DNA from: a virus
Taxonomy: Duplodnaviria; Caudoviricetes
DNA length: 64,000 nucleotides
Virus record (IMG/VR): IMGVR_UViG_650627003_000001
Coordinates: 1-64,000 of that record
Strand: one strand, 5' to 3'
The notes under the pieces were generated by a model. It did no database searches, was not told the origin of the DNA, and saw only the letters and a program-made list of their open reading frames with translations. Of the stretch, positions 8,617 to 17,369 are shown in pieces. The position numbers were made by a program, and so were the translations under genes. The first letter of the stretch is position 1. Every line of letters begins with the position of its first letter.

Positions 8617-8694
8617 AGGATGTCACGAGGACATCCACTCTTTACGTTTATCGGGATCGTTACCAAACAACATTTCAAATTGGTCTTTCCAATT
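8617..8694. repeat. direct repeat copy = current 3' end of topoisomerase 39+60
   Basis: Pairs with 7963..8040; contains hairpin GGATGTC-N5-GACATCC over the stop codon. Confidence 0.93.
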
Positions 8695-10449
8695 ATCAGG
8701 TAAAGAAACTACATCCATAACCGGTTCATTAATAACACGCTCATATTCACTTTCTTCAAGTGAACCAAGCCCTTTAATGTATCGAACTTTATCTTTCAAG
8801 TGTTTTGATTTGTTTAAATCATACTCTTCAGAAGTATAATACCATGTTTGTTTTTTAGTAGATTTGTTCTCACAAATCCATACTGGAGTTTTTACAAACT
8901 TGATTCGACCTTGCTCAAATAACTCAGGCCAATTACTAAAGAACGCAAGCAATGTTGGATAAATCGAACCTGTACCATCGACATCAGCATCGGTCATGAT
9001 TGCAATATTTTTGTAATACGTTTCTTCGGCTTTCTCGCCTAAAGTTAAGCCAGTAATGGCACAAATGTCAAATGCTTCTTGGTTCTTCATGATTTGGGCA
9101 GGTGCGTCACCCCATGTGTTTTTAAACTTACCACGCAATGGATAACCACCATGCAAATCACGATTTCGAGTCGACAATAAGTAACCAATTGCAGAATCGC
9201 CTTCTGTCAAAAATAAAGTTGTATTGGCAGATTGATCACCGTATAAGTTGGCTTTAATATGCTTAGCAACTTTTGCCTTTTGAGCAGCTTTATTCGCTTT
9301 AGTTTCAGCAGCTTTATCAGCAGCTAACTTACGTGCTAAAACAGCTTCAATGATAGGCATTAACACAGTTTCGTTCTTTAAGAACATTCGTGCAAGCTTT
9401 TTGACGTCTAAATTCAAGTGTGACTTCACTTCGCCCATTGGGCTTGTAAGACGTTCCTTTGTCTGTGAATCAAATCGCATATTGACCATATCACGGACGA
9501 ACAACACCATTGTCACACACTCTTTAATACGAGCTTTTGTGATGTCAATTTTATATTTGCGTTTAATTGAATTCATAAGCTCTGATGAAAGTTCATCAAA
9601 GATTACTTCAATATGGTTACCGCCATTTTTAGTGTGAACACCATTTGCAAACGATACATGACGGAATCCATCTGGCGATCGACCTAAAGCTAATGAGAAT
9701 GTGTCGCTTTCAAGAATAATCGGATCTTCTTCAAATTGAGTAACAAACTTTTTAAAGTTACCTTGGAGAATAGTTCCATTAAACGAGATTTTAATTTTTG
9801 GATAAATTACTGCCAAAGTTTGTAATTGATCGTGAATCAAATCAATTTCGTTTTTGCCAATTTCTGTTACACCAAAACGTTCTAAATCTGGCTCAATTGT
9901 TACTGTAGTACCTTTACGAGTACCAACACCAGTTTTCCAATCGACATTAAGCATATTTTCTGAACAGTCGACTTGGATAGTCGTTTTACCATTGCAGGTA
10001 TGTCCAGTAAATTTCTTTGAGAAAATATTGGCTAAAGATGAACCAACGCCGTTTGTACCGATTGTTTTACGTGTTGCGTCATTACCAAAGTTAGATCCGG
10101 CTTTAGTTCGTGTCCAAGCTGCTACTGGACCAGGAATAGTAATGCCTTCAGGGGTAATAACATTGTCTTGAGGAATACCACGACCGTTATCTTTGATAGT
10201 AACCGAAGTCCCAGTAATATCTACTGAAATTTTATTGGCGTATTCGAAATCAGTTCGAATTGCTTCGTCTAAACTATTGTCAATAAGTTCTGAAATAATT
10301 TTGATAAGGCCTGGCACATATTCTACAGTTTTGTATTCGCCGAAAACAAATCGCTCATGTGGCTCAATTACAGTGGACCCAATATACATTGCCGGTTTTT
10401 GTAAGGCATGTTCTCGGTCTGTAAGCATAGTAATTTTATCTTGACTCAT
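8623..10449 (-). CDS. 39: type II DNA topoisomerase large subunit, fused gp39+gp60
   Basis: ELIDNSLDE, DNGRGIP, GTNGVGS, TEGDSA, PLRGK, MTDADVDG, YIKGLGSL; 608 aa, uninterrupted. Confidence 0.96.
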   Translation of the reverse strand: MSQDKITMLTDREHALQKPAMYIGSTVIEPHERFVFGEYKTVEYVPGLIKIISELIDNSLDEAIRTDFEYANKISVDITGTSVTIKDNGRGIPQDNVITPEGITIPGPVAAWTRTKAGSNFGNDATRKTIGTNGVGSSLANIFSKKFTGHTCNGKTTIQVDCSENMLNVDWKTGVGTRKGTTVTIEPDLERFGVTEIGKNEIDLIHDQLQTLAVIYPKIKISFNGTILQGNFKKFVTQFEEDPIILESDTFSLALGRSPDGFRHVSFANGVHTKNGGNHIEVIFDELSSELMNSIKRKYKIDITKARIKECVTMVLFVRDMVNMRFDSQTKERLTSPMGEVKSHLNLDVKKLARMFLKNETVLMPIIEAVLARKLAADKAAETKANKAAQKAKVAKHIKANLYGDQSANTTLFLTEGDSAIGYLLSTRNRDLHGGYPLRGKFKNTWGDAPAQIMKNQEAFDICAITGLTLGEKAEETYYKNIAIMTDADVDGTGSIYPTLLAFFSNWPELFEQGRIKFVKTPVWICENKSTKKQTWYYTSEEYDLNKSKHLKDKVRYIKGLGSLEESEYERVINEPVMDVVSLPDNWKDQFEMLFGNDPDKRKEWMSS

Positions 10450-10477
10450 AATGACTCCAAGTGTTTGGGATAAAAGA

Positions 10478-10529
10478 ATAATATCATAATTTATTAAAGC
10501 AAAAAGGGACCGAAGTCCCTTTTATTATT
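10478..10529 (-). promoter_or_regulatory. CUUCGG terminator fused to a MotA-box-like middle promoter
   Basis: AAAAGGGACTTCGGTCCCTTTTTGCTT-13-TATTAT; 10497..10529 is identical to 37556..37588. Confidence 0.75.
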
Positions 10530-11058
10530 TTACGTGATCAATAATTGCTTTAGCAACCGCTTTAGCAACAAGCCATTTCTTTTCGTCCCAAACTTTTAAT
10601 TCGTTTGGATTGGAAATGAAGAATAGTTCAATGATTAAGCCGCCATTACGAACATAGCCTAAGCGAGAGTGTTGACCAGAACCTTCAGATTTCCAGCCAC
10701 CATCTGCACCGCGTACAGCAATTCCCATAGTTTCTGAAATAGCTTTACAAATAGCTTTAGCGATGGCTTTATCCTTGTCTTGAGCTAGAACTTCTGTGCC
10801 ACCCGCTGTTGGTTTACTAAATGCGTTACAATGAAACTCAACCGCAAGTTTTGAACCTTTAATAAGTCGAATAGCTTCGCTTAGTGTTTGGTTTTCTTTA
10901 CGATCATCACCATCAGTACGCACAGTAAGGCCTTCTCTTTCGAGATAGACCTTAACCATTTCGCGCATATCGACAGCAATGTCTGATTCGCGTCGTCCAA
11001 ATGCACAAGCACCTGGGTCTGAATTAGAATGTCCTGCTGTTACAGTTACAATAGTCAT
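10525..11058 (-). CDS. N-acetylmuramoyl-L-alanine amidase (Amidase_3), probable endolysin
   Basis: TAGHSNSDPGA, RE, EFHCNA, GTEVL and IELFFISN Zn-amidase motifs; late promoter upstream. Confidence 0.88.
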   Translation of the reverse strand: MTIVTVTAGHSNSDPGACAFGRRESDIAVDMREMVKVYLEREGLTVRTDGDDRKENQTLSEAIRLIKGSKLAVEFHCNAFSKPTAGGTEVLAQDKDKAIAKAICKAISETMGIAVRGADGGWKSEGSGQHSRLGYVRNGGLIIELFFISNPNELKVWDEKKWLVAKAVAKAIIDHVK

Positions 11059-11059
11059 A

Positions 11060-11088
11060 AATTTCTTCCGTTAAAGAAATTATTTATA
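11060..11088 (-). promoter_or_regulatory. late promoter TATAAATA with RBS-occluding hairpin
   Basis: TATAAATAATTTCTTTAACGGAAGAAATTTATG; 8-bp stem AATTTCTT/AAGAAATT. Confidence 0.8.
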
Positions 11089-11674
11089 GACTCGTTGAGT
11101 ACTTGTAAAATGATCTATACAAAGGCGTTGTCATGGTATCGTCATGGTGTATATGAGCAAAGAAAATACTTTTCTTTTTGAGCTCAAAAATATGCTTTAC
11201 ATATTCAATAGACCATTCTCGTAAGCTAAGTTCGTCAATATCGACGCGAATCCCGGACCAAACAATAAACAGCTCGATCAATGTTTCTTTAAGCTCTCCG
11301 CGATAGTCGATTGTCTCTACGTGGTCGCCACCTTCAACGATTTTTGCAATTTTGCCAATACACATATCTAATTGATTTTGCAACTGAGTTTTTCGATACA
11401 TTAGTGGCACATCAATAAGAGTACTAACATTTTGCCCAGACCATTTTGACATTTCTTTGGCCAAATCTACATTAAGAGCATTTGAAATCGACAACATACA
11501 CGCTAAAGCATCAGAATAAGAAGACAACATGCGATTTGGAGTTGCAGAATACTTTGTCAAATGATTATGTAAATGAGAAACTCGACGCATTAACGGCAAA
11601 TGATAAACATCAGTATGGTAACGACGATCGTGCATCTCTTGGAAAAATTGTAAATCAAGAATATTAATGTTCAT
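11084..11674 (-). CDS. hypothetical helical His-rich protein, possibly MazG-like
   Basis: QEMHDRRYHTD...RVSHLHNHLTKY; the fold is only a guess. Confidence 0.45.
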   Translation of the reverse strand: MNINILDLQFFQEMHDRRYHTDVYHLPLMRRVSHLHNHLTKYSATPNRMLSSYSDALACMLSISNALNVDLAKEMSKWSGQNVSTLIDVPLMYRKTQLQNQLDMCIGKIAKIVEGGDHVETIDYRGELKETLIELFIVWSGIRVDIDELSLREWSIEYVKHIFELKKKSIFFAHIHHDDTMTTPLYRSFYKYSTSL

Positions 11675-11675
11675 A

Positions 11676-12155
11676 TTAAGCCGCCATGTGAATTGCCATG
11701 TTTACGCCGAAAGATTCACCGTGTCGAGCAACATTAGCTTGATGTACAAGAGAATCAAGATAAACGTTACCTTGTACGTCGTTAAACAATTTCCATAATG
11801 GACTTCCAACAGGATATGGATTAGCCTTTTTATGTTTGATGTCTTTTGTTGGATAATCATCTAAAGGCTTTGCGACTGCGTCTACTAAATACGGGCCTTT
11901 GGGTTTAGCCAATACTGCAGCTGCCGATGGAGGAACTTCTTTAAAGAATCGAACTTCTGACGCCCAGATACAAGCAAATTCGTTGTAAGTATTGTCAGCG
12001 TAAGTTACACCCATAGCATTGCCTTGTTCAACTGCACGAACAGTAATCAGACCACCAGTAGATAAAATTTCTTGAGCTAAGTTGTAGTTTGCAATATTTG
12101 CATCGATGAAGCCTTTAGAGTCGACGAGTTCGTATGTATGAGATTTCTTAAACAT
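11676..12155 (-). CDS. hypothetical protein (T4 frd.2-like N-terminus)
   Basis: MFKKSHTYELVD...GGLITV; start moved to 12155. Confidence 0.5.
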   Translation of the reverse strand: MFKKSHTYELVDSKGFIDANIANYNLAQEILSTGGLITVRAVEQGNAMGVTYADNTYNEFACIWASEVRFFKEVPPSAAAVLAKPKGPYLVDAVAKPLDDYPTKDIKHKKANPYPVGSPLWKLFNDVQGNVYLDSLVHQANVARHGESFGVNMAIHMAA

Positions 12156-12405
12156 TGTGTTCACCATTTTTGATAAAAGTTGTGCCGTTTGCAGAAATAC
12201 GTTGAGCAGCCACCCAAACTGGATTTGTACCGTCAATAATTTCGAATAGAACTTTATATGTAACTCTATCACAAGAAACATTCAAGTTGAAATCTTTTTC
12301 TATCACTGGGTTTTCGTAGTCATTCATTAGCAAGTTTGTAAAATCTGCTTTTGAAATTTCGATTTGATTCGAAAGAACTGGAAGTTTGATTTGTGACGTT
12401 TTCAT
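12148..12405 (-). CDS. hypothetical early protein
   Basis: SD GAGGA behind a promoter cassette. Confidence 0.6.
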   Translation of the reverse strand: MKTSQIKLPVLSNQIEISKADFTNLLMNDYENPVIEKDFNLNVSCDRVTYKVLFEIIDGTNPVWVAAQRISANGTTFIKNGEHNV

Positions 12406-12420
12406 ATTAAGTTCCTCAAG

Positions 12421-12471
12421 TTGATAATGCTATAATACTAAAAAAGGAAGGCATTGTAAACACCTTCCTTA
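12421..12471 (-). promoter_or_regulatory. terminator/early-promoter cassette, copy 2
   Basis: Near-identical to 2546..2597. Confidence 0.85.
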
Positions 12472-12474
12472 AAA

Positions 12475-13137
12475 TTATCGAGTTTTAATCGAATTTGGGT
12501 CAGCATCTTCAATAAGCGGCACGTCCGACAGTCCCATTGCATATCGTTGAGCGTAGATCAACATCATAATGTCTTTTGCACAGTCATGAACAGAGTCATG
12601 AGCAACAAAGCCATCTAATGTTCCTTTCTCTAGCGGCACAGTACACATACCTCGTGACATCATTAATGCTTCGACAGCAGTTCGAACATCACGTTGATTC
12701 CAGAATTTAACTGGCTCAACTTCATCCGTATCGTTTGTTTTATATACTTCTTGAAGCATATTCACAAGAATAGGAAAGTCAAATGATTGACCACGACACC
12801 AAGCTTGCGATTTCCACGGGTCAATACCTTGTTCTTTTAGATATTCCAAGAACTCTGTGATCGCAACTTTGACTGTTACGTCTTTATCAGTTGGGACCAA
12901 GTTTTGCTTGGCTTCATCGGATTGTTGCTTCCACCAATTTATAGTACTCGGGCTACGAGATCGTGTCTCGGCTTGAGATCGCAAATCTAACTTCCAACGA
13001 CGACCTTGTTTGACAAGGTCTTTGAAGTTAGGTGGATTTTCTGGATTGTTTTCAAAAACTAAAACTGCTAAGTCAATAGCCATTGCAGTCGGCTTGTTGT
13101 CGAAAGTTTCAAAGTCAATAATAAAATCTTTAACCAT
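12475..13137 (-). CDS. dexA: DexA exonuclease
   Basis: FIIDFETF, WCRGQSFDFPIL, FWNQRDVRT and HDSVHDCAKD DEDDh motifs; synteny. Confidence 0.93.
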   Translation of the reverse strand: MVKDFIIDFETFDNKPTAMAIDLAVLVFENNPENPPNFKDLVKQGRRWKLDLRSQAETRSRSPSTINWWKQQSDEAKQNLVPTDKDVTVKVAITEFLEYLKEQGIDPWKSQAWCRGQSFDFPILVNMLQEVYKTNDTDEVEPVKFWNQRDVRTAVEALMMSRGMCTVPLEKGTLDGFVAHDSVHDCAKDIMMLIYAQRYAMGLSDVPLIEDADPNSIKTR

Positions 13138-13396
13138 TATCTTGCTCCAATAATTCATTTAATAAAACGATTTGTGACATTGTATTTTCTGTCATCGGAT
13201 ATGTCACGTTGTGTTCAGTAATTTTGGCCATTACTTGGAATGACTTTGTTACAGGTTTTAGCTTTTTGATAATTGCATCAGCAAAGCCGTGCGAAGTAAT
13301 ATTTTCGTTATTTCGATAGACAATATTTTCACGATCTTTAAATGTTTGAGCATAATCAATAATGTCTTGAACTGCTTCGTACGATACATAATACAT
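13130..13396 (-). CDS. hypothetical protein
   Basis: ORF between dexA and dda. Confidence 0.55.
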   Translation of the reverse strand: MYYVSYEAVQDIIDYAQTFKDRENIVYRNNENITSHGFADAIIKKLKPVTKSFQVMAKITEHNVTYPMTENTMSQIVLLNELLEQDNG

Positions 13397-13632
13397 TATA
13401 CTGTCTCCTTTGCCAATTTAGCAATAAGCTTAACATATCGATCAGAGATTTCGATATTAATAGGTTCGTTCAAATAAAGCGAAATTACACGAACAGGTTC
13501 AGTTTGTTGACTTACATGTTCCCAAGCCATATAGACTTCTGTGTTCTGTACACGACCACGTAAATGATCAGCTTCTAAACGATCTTGCAATAATTTTTTA
13601 ATGGTGAGCGCACCACTTAATGAAACAATCAT
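13396..13632 (-). CDS. hypothetical protein
   Basis: Start MIVSLSG behind GAGG. Confidence 0.55.
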   Translation of the reverse strand: MIVSLSGALTIKKLLQDRLEADHLRGRVQNTEVYMAWEHVSQQTEPVRVISLYLNEPINIEISDRYVKLIAKLAKETV

Positions 13633-13639
13633 AATGACC

Positions 13640-14968
13640 TCAGATATAGTAAACGTTATGGCGAGCCCGTGTTGCACCTACATACAAAAGCTGCTGCGCC
13701 AACTGTGAGTCTGCCTTGTGAATACAAGGGGTATATAAGAACACATTATCAACTGATGTGCCTTGTGATTTATGAATTGTGCTACATGGCAAAGCTTTGA
13801 CCTTATGGAAGTTGCGTTTAAGCTTCCACCAATCTGCCCAAGCGGCTTTCACTGCACCAGATTTAAACTGTTCAGCTGATTTACCAAGAACAAGATTTAG
13901 TTTATTGATTTCAGCTTCGTCTACAATTACATTAATAGAACCAGTAAGATCTGGATCGTCTAAAGATTGCAAATCAAGCTGCCAATAACGAACCATGTAT
14001 TTGGTAGAACATCCACGTACTGAAATTTCGTCAGATGTTTGGCTACAACAAAGGACTTTTACCATTTCGCCGTTATTAAAAACAATTTCCGAAACTTTTT
14101 TGCCTTCGTAAGTATATGACTTGATTAATGGCTCTTGCATTACTAATACTTCGCCATCAATAAATGGTTCTAGTGTATTGTAAATCTTTTTACGGACAAT
14201 TTTGTTTAAGTCATCAACAGACTTATTCGTAAATGCCAATAGGCGATTCTCAAACAAATCCTCAGGGGTTTTTACAATACTGAAGTATTTTTCCATAAAG
14301 GATTTTACTGATCGCTCTGACGTCAAATTATGCACACCTGCGCCATCTATTACATTTTCGTAAATCCAATTACCGGTTCGGATTGATGTTGCAACATCAA
14401 TAATTGGTGCATTGCTTCGCATTACTTCAGTAAGAGAAACTTGTTCAAATTTTTCGTATGTAAAGAATGGCGACACTTGTCCTTCAAAGGCTCCGGGCTC
14501 TACTGGTCGAATTTGCGCAATATCGCCTAAAGCAATAACGGTACAGCAAAGTGGAATACTTGACATTAAAATTTGAAACAACTTCAAATCATACATCGAA
14601 GCTTCATCACAAATTAGCACTCGACATTCGGACATATCTGGGACATCTTTTTGTTCAAATGTCGTGCTGTCTTCGTAAGTTGTTGGATTAATCTTAAGCA
14701 ACGAATGAATAGTTGAAGCTTCCATTCCGGCATGTTGAGACAATACCTTTTTTGCTTGATGTGTTGGTGCTGCTAAATAAACGCCACGTTCGCCACGTCG
14801 AATAAGTTCTGCAATTAAAAACTTAGTCAAAGTCGTCTTACCTGTACCGGCTGGGCCATTAATAGTTAAATGACGTTTTTCCGCACTAGAACTTGGGACA
14901 GTCTCAATTGCTTTAATGGCTGCAGTATACGCATTCTTTTGCCCTTCGGTCAAATCTTCAAAATTCAT
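13640..14968 (-). CDS. dda: Dda SF1B DNA helicase
   Basis: GPAGTGKT, APTHQAK, DEASM, GDIAQIRPV, TIHKSQG, YVGATRAR. Confidence 0.96.
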   Translation of the reverse strand: MNFEDLTEGQKNAYTAAIKAIETVPSSSAEKRHLTINGPAGTGKTTLTKFLIAELIRRGERGVYLAAPTHQAKKVLSQHAGMEASTIHSLLKINPTTYEDSTTFEQKDVPDMSECRVLICDEASMYDLKLFQILMSSIPLCCTVIALGDIAQIRPVEPGAFEGQVSPFFTYEKFEQVSLTEVMRSNAPIIDVATSIRTGNWIYENVIDGAGVHNLTSERSVKSFMEKYFSIVKTPEDLFENRLLAFTNKSVDDLNKIVRKKIYNTLEPFIDGEVLVMQEPLIKSYTYEGKKVSEIVFNNGEMVKVLCCSQTSDEISVRGCSTKYMVRYWQLDLQSLDDPDLTGSINVIVDEAEINKLNLVLGKSAEQFKSGAVKAAWADWWKLKRNFHKVKALPCSTIHKSQGTSVDNVFLYTPCIHKADSQLAQQLLYVGATRARHNVYYI

Positions 14969-15264
14969 ACAATCTTTACCTTCTTAATAGCAATTGTGTC
15001 AATGATACGCTGATATCGCACACGTTCAAAATCTGGTAAATTATTTGGTGTTCGAATACACTCGGTTTTAAACCATTTTTTAACGTATACAACTTTAGGA
15101 GATAAAATCTCTTCAATATCAGCTTTATGTGTTTCAAGAGCCTGCTTCGCAAGTTGTTCAGAACTAAAACACAAAAAGTTCTTATGTATTAAATCTTCAC
15201 AAACGTGATCGAAGCCATCAGCATCTTTAAAGATTACTGCATAAGCATTCATATCAAGCCTCAT
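14965..15264 (-). CDS. Dda.1-like protein
   Basis: Position between dda and srd; size. Confidence 0.55.
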   Translation of the reverse strand: MRLDMNAYAVIFKDADGFDHVCEDLIHKNFLCFSSEQLAKQALETHKADIEEILSPKVVYVKKWFKTECIRTPNNLPDFERVRYQRIIDTIAIKKVKIV

Positions 15265-16160
15265 AATTTGTACTTAACCATATTATATGCCGCTGTTTCT
15301 TTAAGCAAATCTACGGTCGAAGCATTTGTTGGTAAACCTACTTTAACACATTGTTTTTGGCGTAAATTTAAGTTTTCAAATTTTTGTACACCAAGAATCG
15401 CATACTTGATATTTGTTGCTTGATTCTCGAGAGCCTTGAGGCCGTTACCACGCTCTACTAAGTTTGTTCTTTGAGCATCGCCAATTTTGTAATCTTTTGT
15501 GTTTACTTTACGATACTTGATTTCACGAGTTTTAAAACCCTTTGTGTGCTTACAAAATAACGCGTAATCTGCATTAAACTTTTTGATTGCAGCTTTGAGT
15601 TTGTTTTTATGTGTATCAATATTTGACTGAATATGCGAGCGTTGAGTTTTTGACTTGCCTTGTTTCTTCGCTTGGTTTAGTTGGAAAGCAAACACGTCAA
15701 TTTGAAGTTCGTGGTGTCGAACCTTTTTAAAACTATTCTCTACCAGAATAAGCTTATTGAAGTATTTTCTAATACCATTTGCTTGAATGACCGGGACTCT
15801 ATTGGTATCAATCTCTAATACCTCTTCGTTGCTCAGTTTCGCCGCCTTTAAGAGTTTAATCTTTTCGTTGATGGTATTTAGACGTTCGATCAATTCGCCC
15901 TCTGTGAACGAACCACGCTCATTATTGATCGCATTAGAAACAGCAATTACGTTACCGTCAATATAGCCTACATTGTTATCAATGCGTTCAAAGCTAAAAG
16001 AGTGTTCAGTGTTTTGATCAAAAGCAATACCAGAGTATTGACAAAACTTTTGTTGCTTTAGATTAGCAAAAGTAATCAAAGACATATCAAATTTGATCTT
16101 ACGTTTACGAGCATTTTCTGATTTAGCTAAGTAGCATGTAAGTATATTGATGTTTGACAT
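15261..16160 (-). CDS. srd: Srd-like protein (putative sigma decoy)
   Basis: ARKRKIKFDMS...CQYSG...FERIDNNVGYIDGNVIAV; synteny; own early promoter GTTTACA-17-TATTAT. Confidence 0.75.
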   Translation of the reverse strand: MSNINILTCYLAKSENARKRKIKFDMSLITFANLKQQKFCQYSGIAFDQNTEHSFSFERIDNNVGYIDGNVIAVSNAINNERGSFTEGELIERLNTINEKIKLLKAAKLSNEEVLEIDTNRVPVIQANGIRKYFNKLILVENSFKKVRHHELQIDVFAFQLNQAKKQGKSKTQRSHIQSNIDTHKNKLKAAIKKFNADYALFCKHTKGFKTREIKYRKVNTKDYKIGDAQRTNLVERGNGLKALENQATNIKYAILGVQKFENLNLRQKQCVKVGLPTNASTVDLLKETAAYNMVKYKL

Positions 16161-16275
16161 AATAAATTCCTCATTCGATAAAATCATAATACTCTGTACA
16201 GAGGTACATGTAAACTCTAATATGATCAAAAAATAGACGTTTGAACTTAAGTGACCTAAGCTTTAATTTTATAAA

Positions 16276-16402
16276 TGGTATAATGCCTATAATGCCAATT
16301 AAACTGGTGGGTATTGCCTGGAAGGGGAAGAATGGTAATAAGTAATGTGAAACTCGCGCAGCGATAATCGATACTAAAAAGGAGAGCAATTGCTCTCCTT
16401 AA
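16276..16402 (+). promoter_or_regulatory. plus-strand extended -10 promoter with non-coding purine-rich tract ending at a hairpin
   Basis: TGGTATAAT, tandem TATAATGCC x2 (16279-16296), then hairpin AAGGAGAGC-AATT-GCTCTCCTT. Confidence 0.45.
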
Positions 16403-16405
16403 TTG

Positions 16406-16552
16406 TTACTGCATCATTAACAGCATTTTGATTAACTCTGTAAGAGCACCCATAGGGTCTTCAGAATTGTACATCATTACGCCGGCACCCGCGGCCACTA
16501 GAGCCCAGATACCGACTGCTTTTTGGTTAGTCTTAAGTTTTAATTTTTTCAT
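16406..16552 (-). CDS. 48-aa single-TM protein (not in ORF track)
   Basis: MKKLKLKTNQKAVGIWALVAAGAGVMMYNSEDPMGALTELIKMLLMMQ; SD AAGGAG; terminator right after the stop. Confidence 0.75.
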   Translation of the reverse strand: MKKLKLKTNQKAVGIWALVAAGAGVMMYNSEDPMGALTELIKMLLMMQ

Positions 16553-16587
16553 TGCAGGTCTCCTTAATTACCTGCAAATATTTATGC

Positions 16588-17163
16588 TTATCTTGATTCG
16601 ACAAAAGTTTCTGTGTCAAATGTAATAGTATCTTGATCACTAACCAAGAATGATTGATGTACGTAATTAAGACCATCAGCTGGTTTAGGCAGTTGCATAA
16701 TCATGTTAAAAGAACTACCAACTACTTCGCCAATTAGGCCGGATTTAAGCAAAGATACACGTTCCACTGATTTAGGCAAATCAAATTCCCATTCACCAAA
16801 GCTAGTACGGATTTTAACATGATTCGTTAAATAACCAAATACAATACCATGTGTTGGTGCAGAAATCATGATTTCGTCTTTTCCATCAATCTCGTATAAG
16901 TACGTATTCCAATGATTTTTGAGATAGTAAACGTGCCCTTCAAACGTCCCAATAAATCTGCATTGCTCCCCTGGAGCGGCTTCCCAAAAGAAGTCATTAA
17001 TCTGTGGCTTCTTTGAAAATTGACGAATCTCGCCATCCTGGTCAACAGCAATATACTTGGCGTCATTTGATACCCAGAATTGTGAGCAGGTCCCGAAAGC
17101 ATTGATTAATATTGGACGTACATCTTGTGAAAAACGGACAACTGGTCTTAGTGTGAAACTCAT
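16588..17163 (-). CDS. hypothetical protein
   Basis: Start MSFTLR behind GAGGAG; shares a motif with 2736..3116. Confidence 0.6.
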   Translation of the reverse strand: MSFTLRPVVRFSQDVRPILINAFGTCSQFWVSNDAKYIAVDQDGEIRQFSKKPQINDFFWEAAPGEQCRFIGTFEGHVYYLKNHWNTYLYEIDGKDEIMISAPTHGIVFGYLTNHVKIRTSFGEWEFDLPKSVERVSLLKSGLIGEVVGSSFNMIMQLPKPADGLNYVHQSFLVSDQDTITFDTETFVESR

Positions 17164-17369
17164 AGTTCTGACTCCTCTGGAATACAAATAAGAAATAACC
17201 ACAATAAAATACTAAATAGCGCCCATAAGCCTAGTCCGGCTTCTTGTGATAAGAATAGGTCCATAGAATAAAACACTAATGACGCTACTCCAGTCATAAA
17301 CATTCCGAAGAAAGCAGAAATTCCTGTAACAACAATAGTATGGCCTAAAGATGGCTTCCAAACAATCAT
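17160..17369 (-). CDS. small two-TM membrane protein
   Basis: Two hydrophobic segments; ATGA overlaps. Confidence 0.6.
   Translation of the reverse strand: MIVWKPSLGHTIVVTGISAFFGMFMTGVASLVFYSMDLFLSQEAGLGLWALFSILLWLFLICIPEESEL

Noticed and set aside
7953-8678. Shared VKSGCPRDIL peptide in two ORF-track proteins as a protein motif
   Set aside because: It is an out-of-frame reading of the DNA repeat; SD-supported starts are at 7952 and 8606
7963-8694. Diversity-generating retroelement (TR/VR pair at a gene 3' end with a hairpin)
   Set aside because: Mismatches are not adenine-specific, no reverse transcriptase is present in the window, and the target is a conserved enzyme tail
8623-10449. T4 gene 60 ribosomal bypass or intron
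   Set aside because: 39 and 60 form one continuous 608-aa frame
16171-16389. 72-aa hydrophobic minus-strand ORF
   Set aside because: Starts with TTG inside a terminator stem, has no SD and overlaps the srd promoter; treated as non-coding, though not excluded
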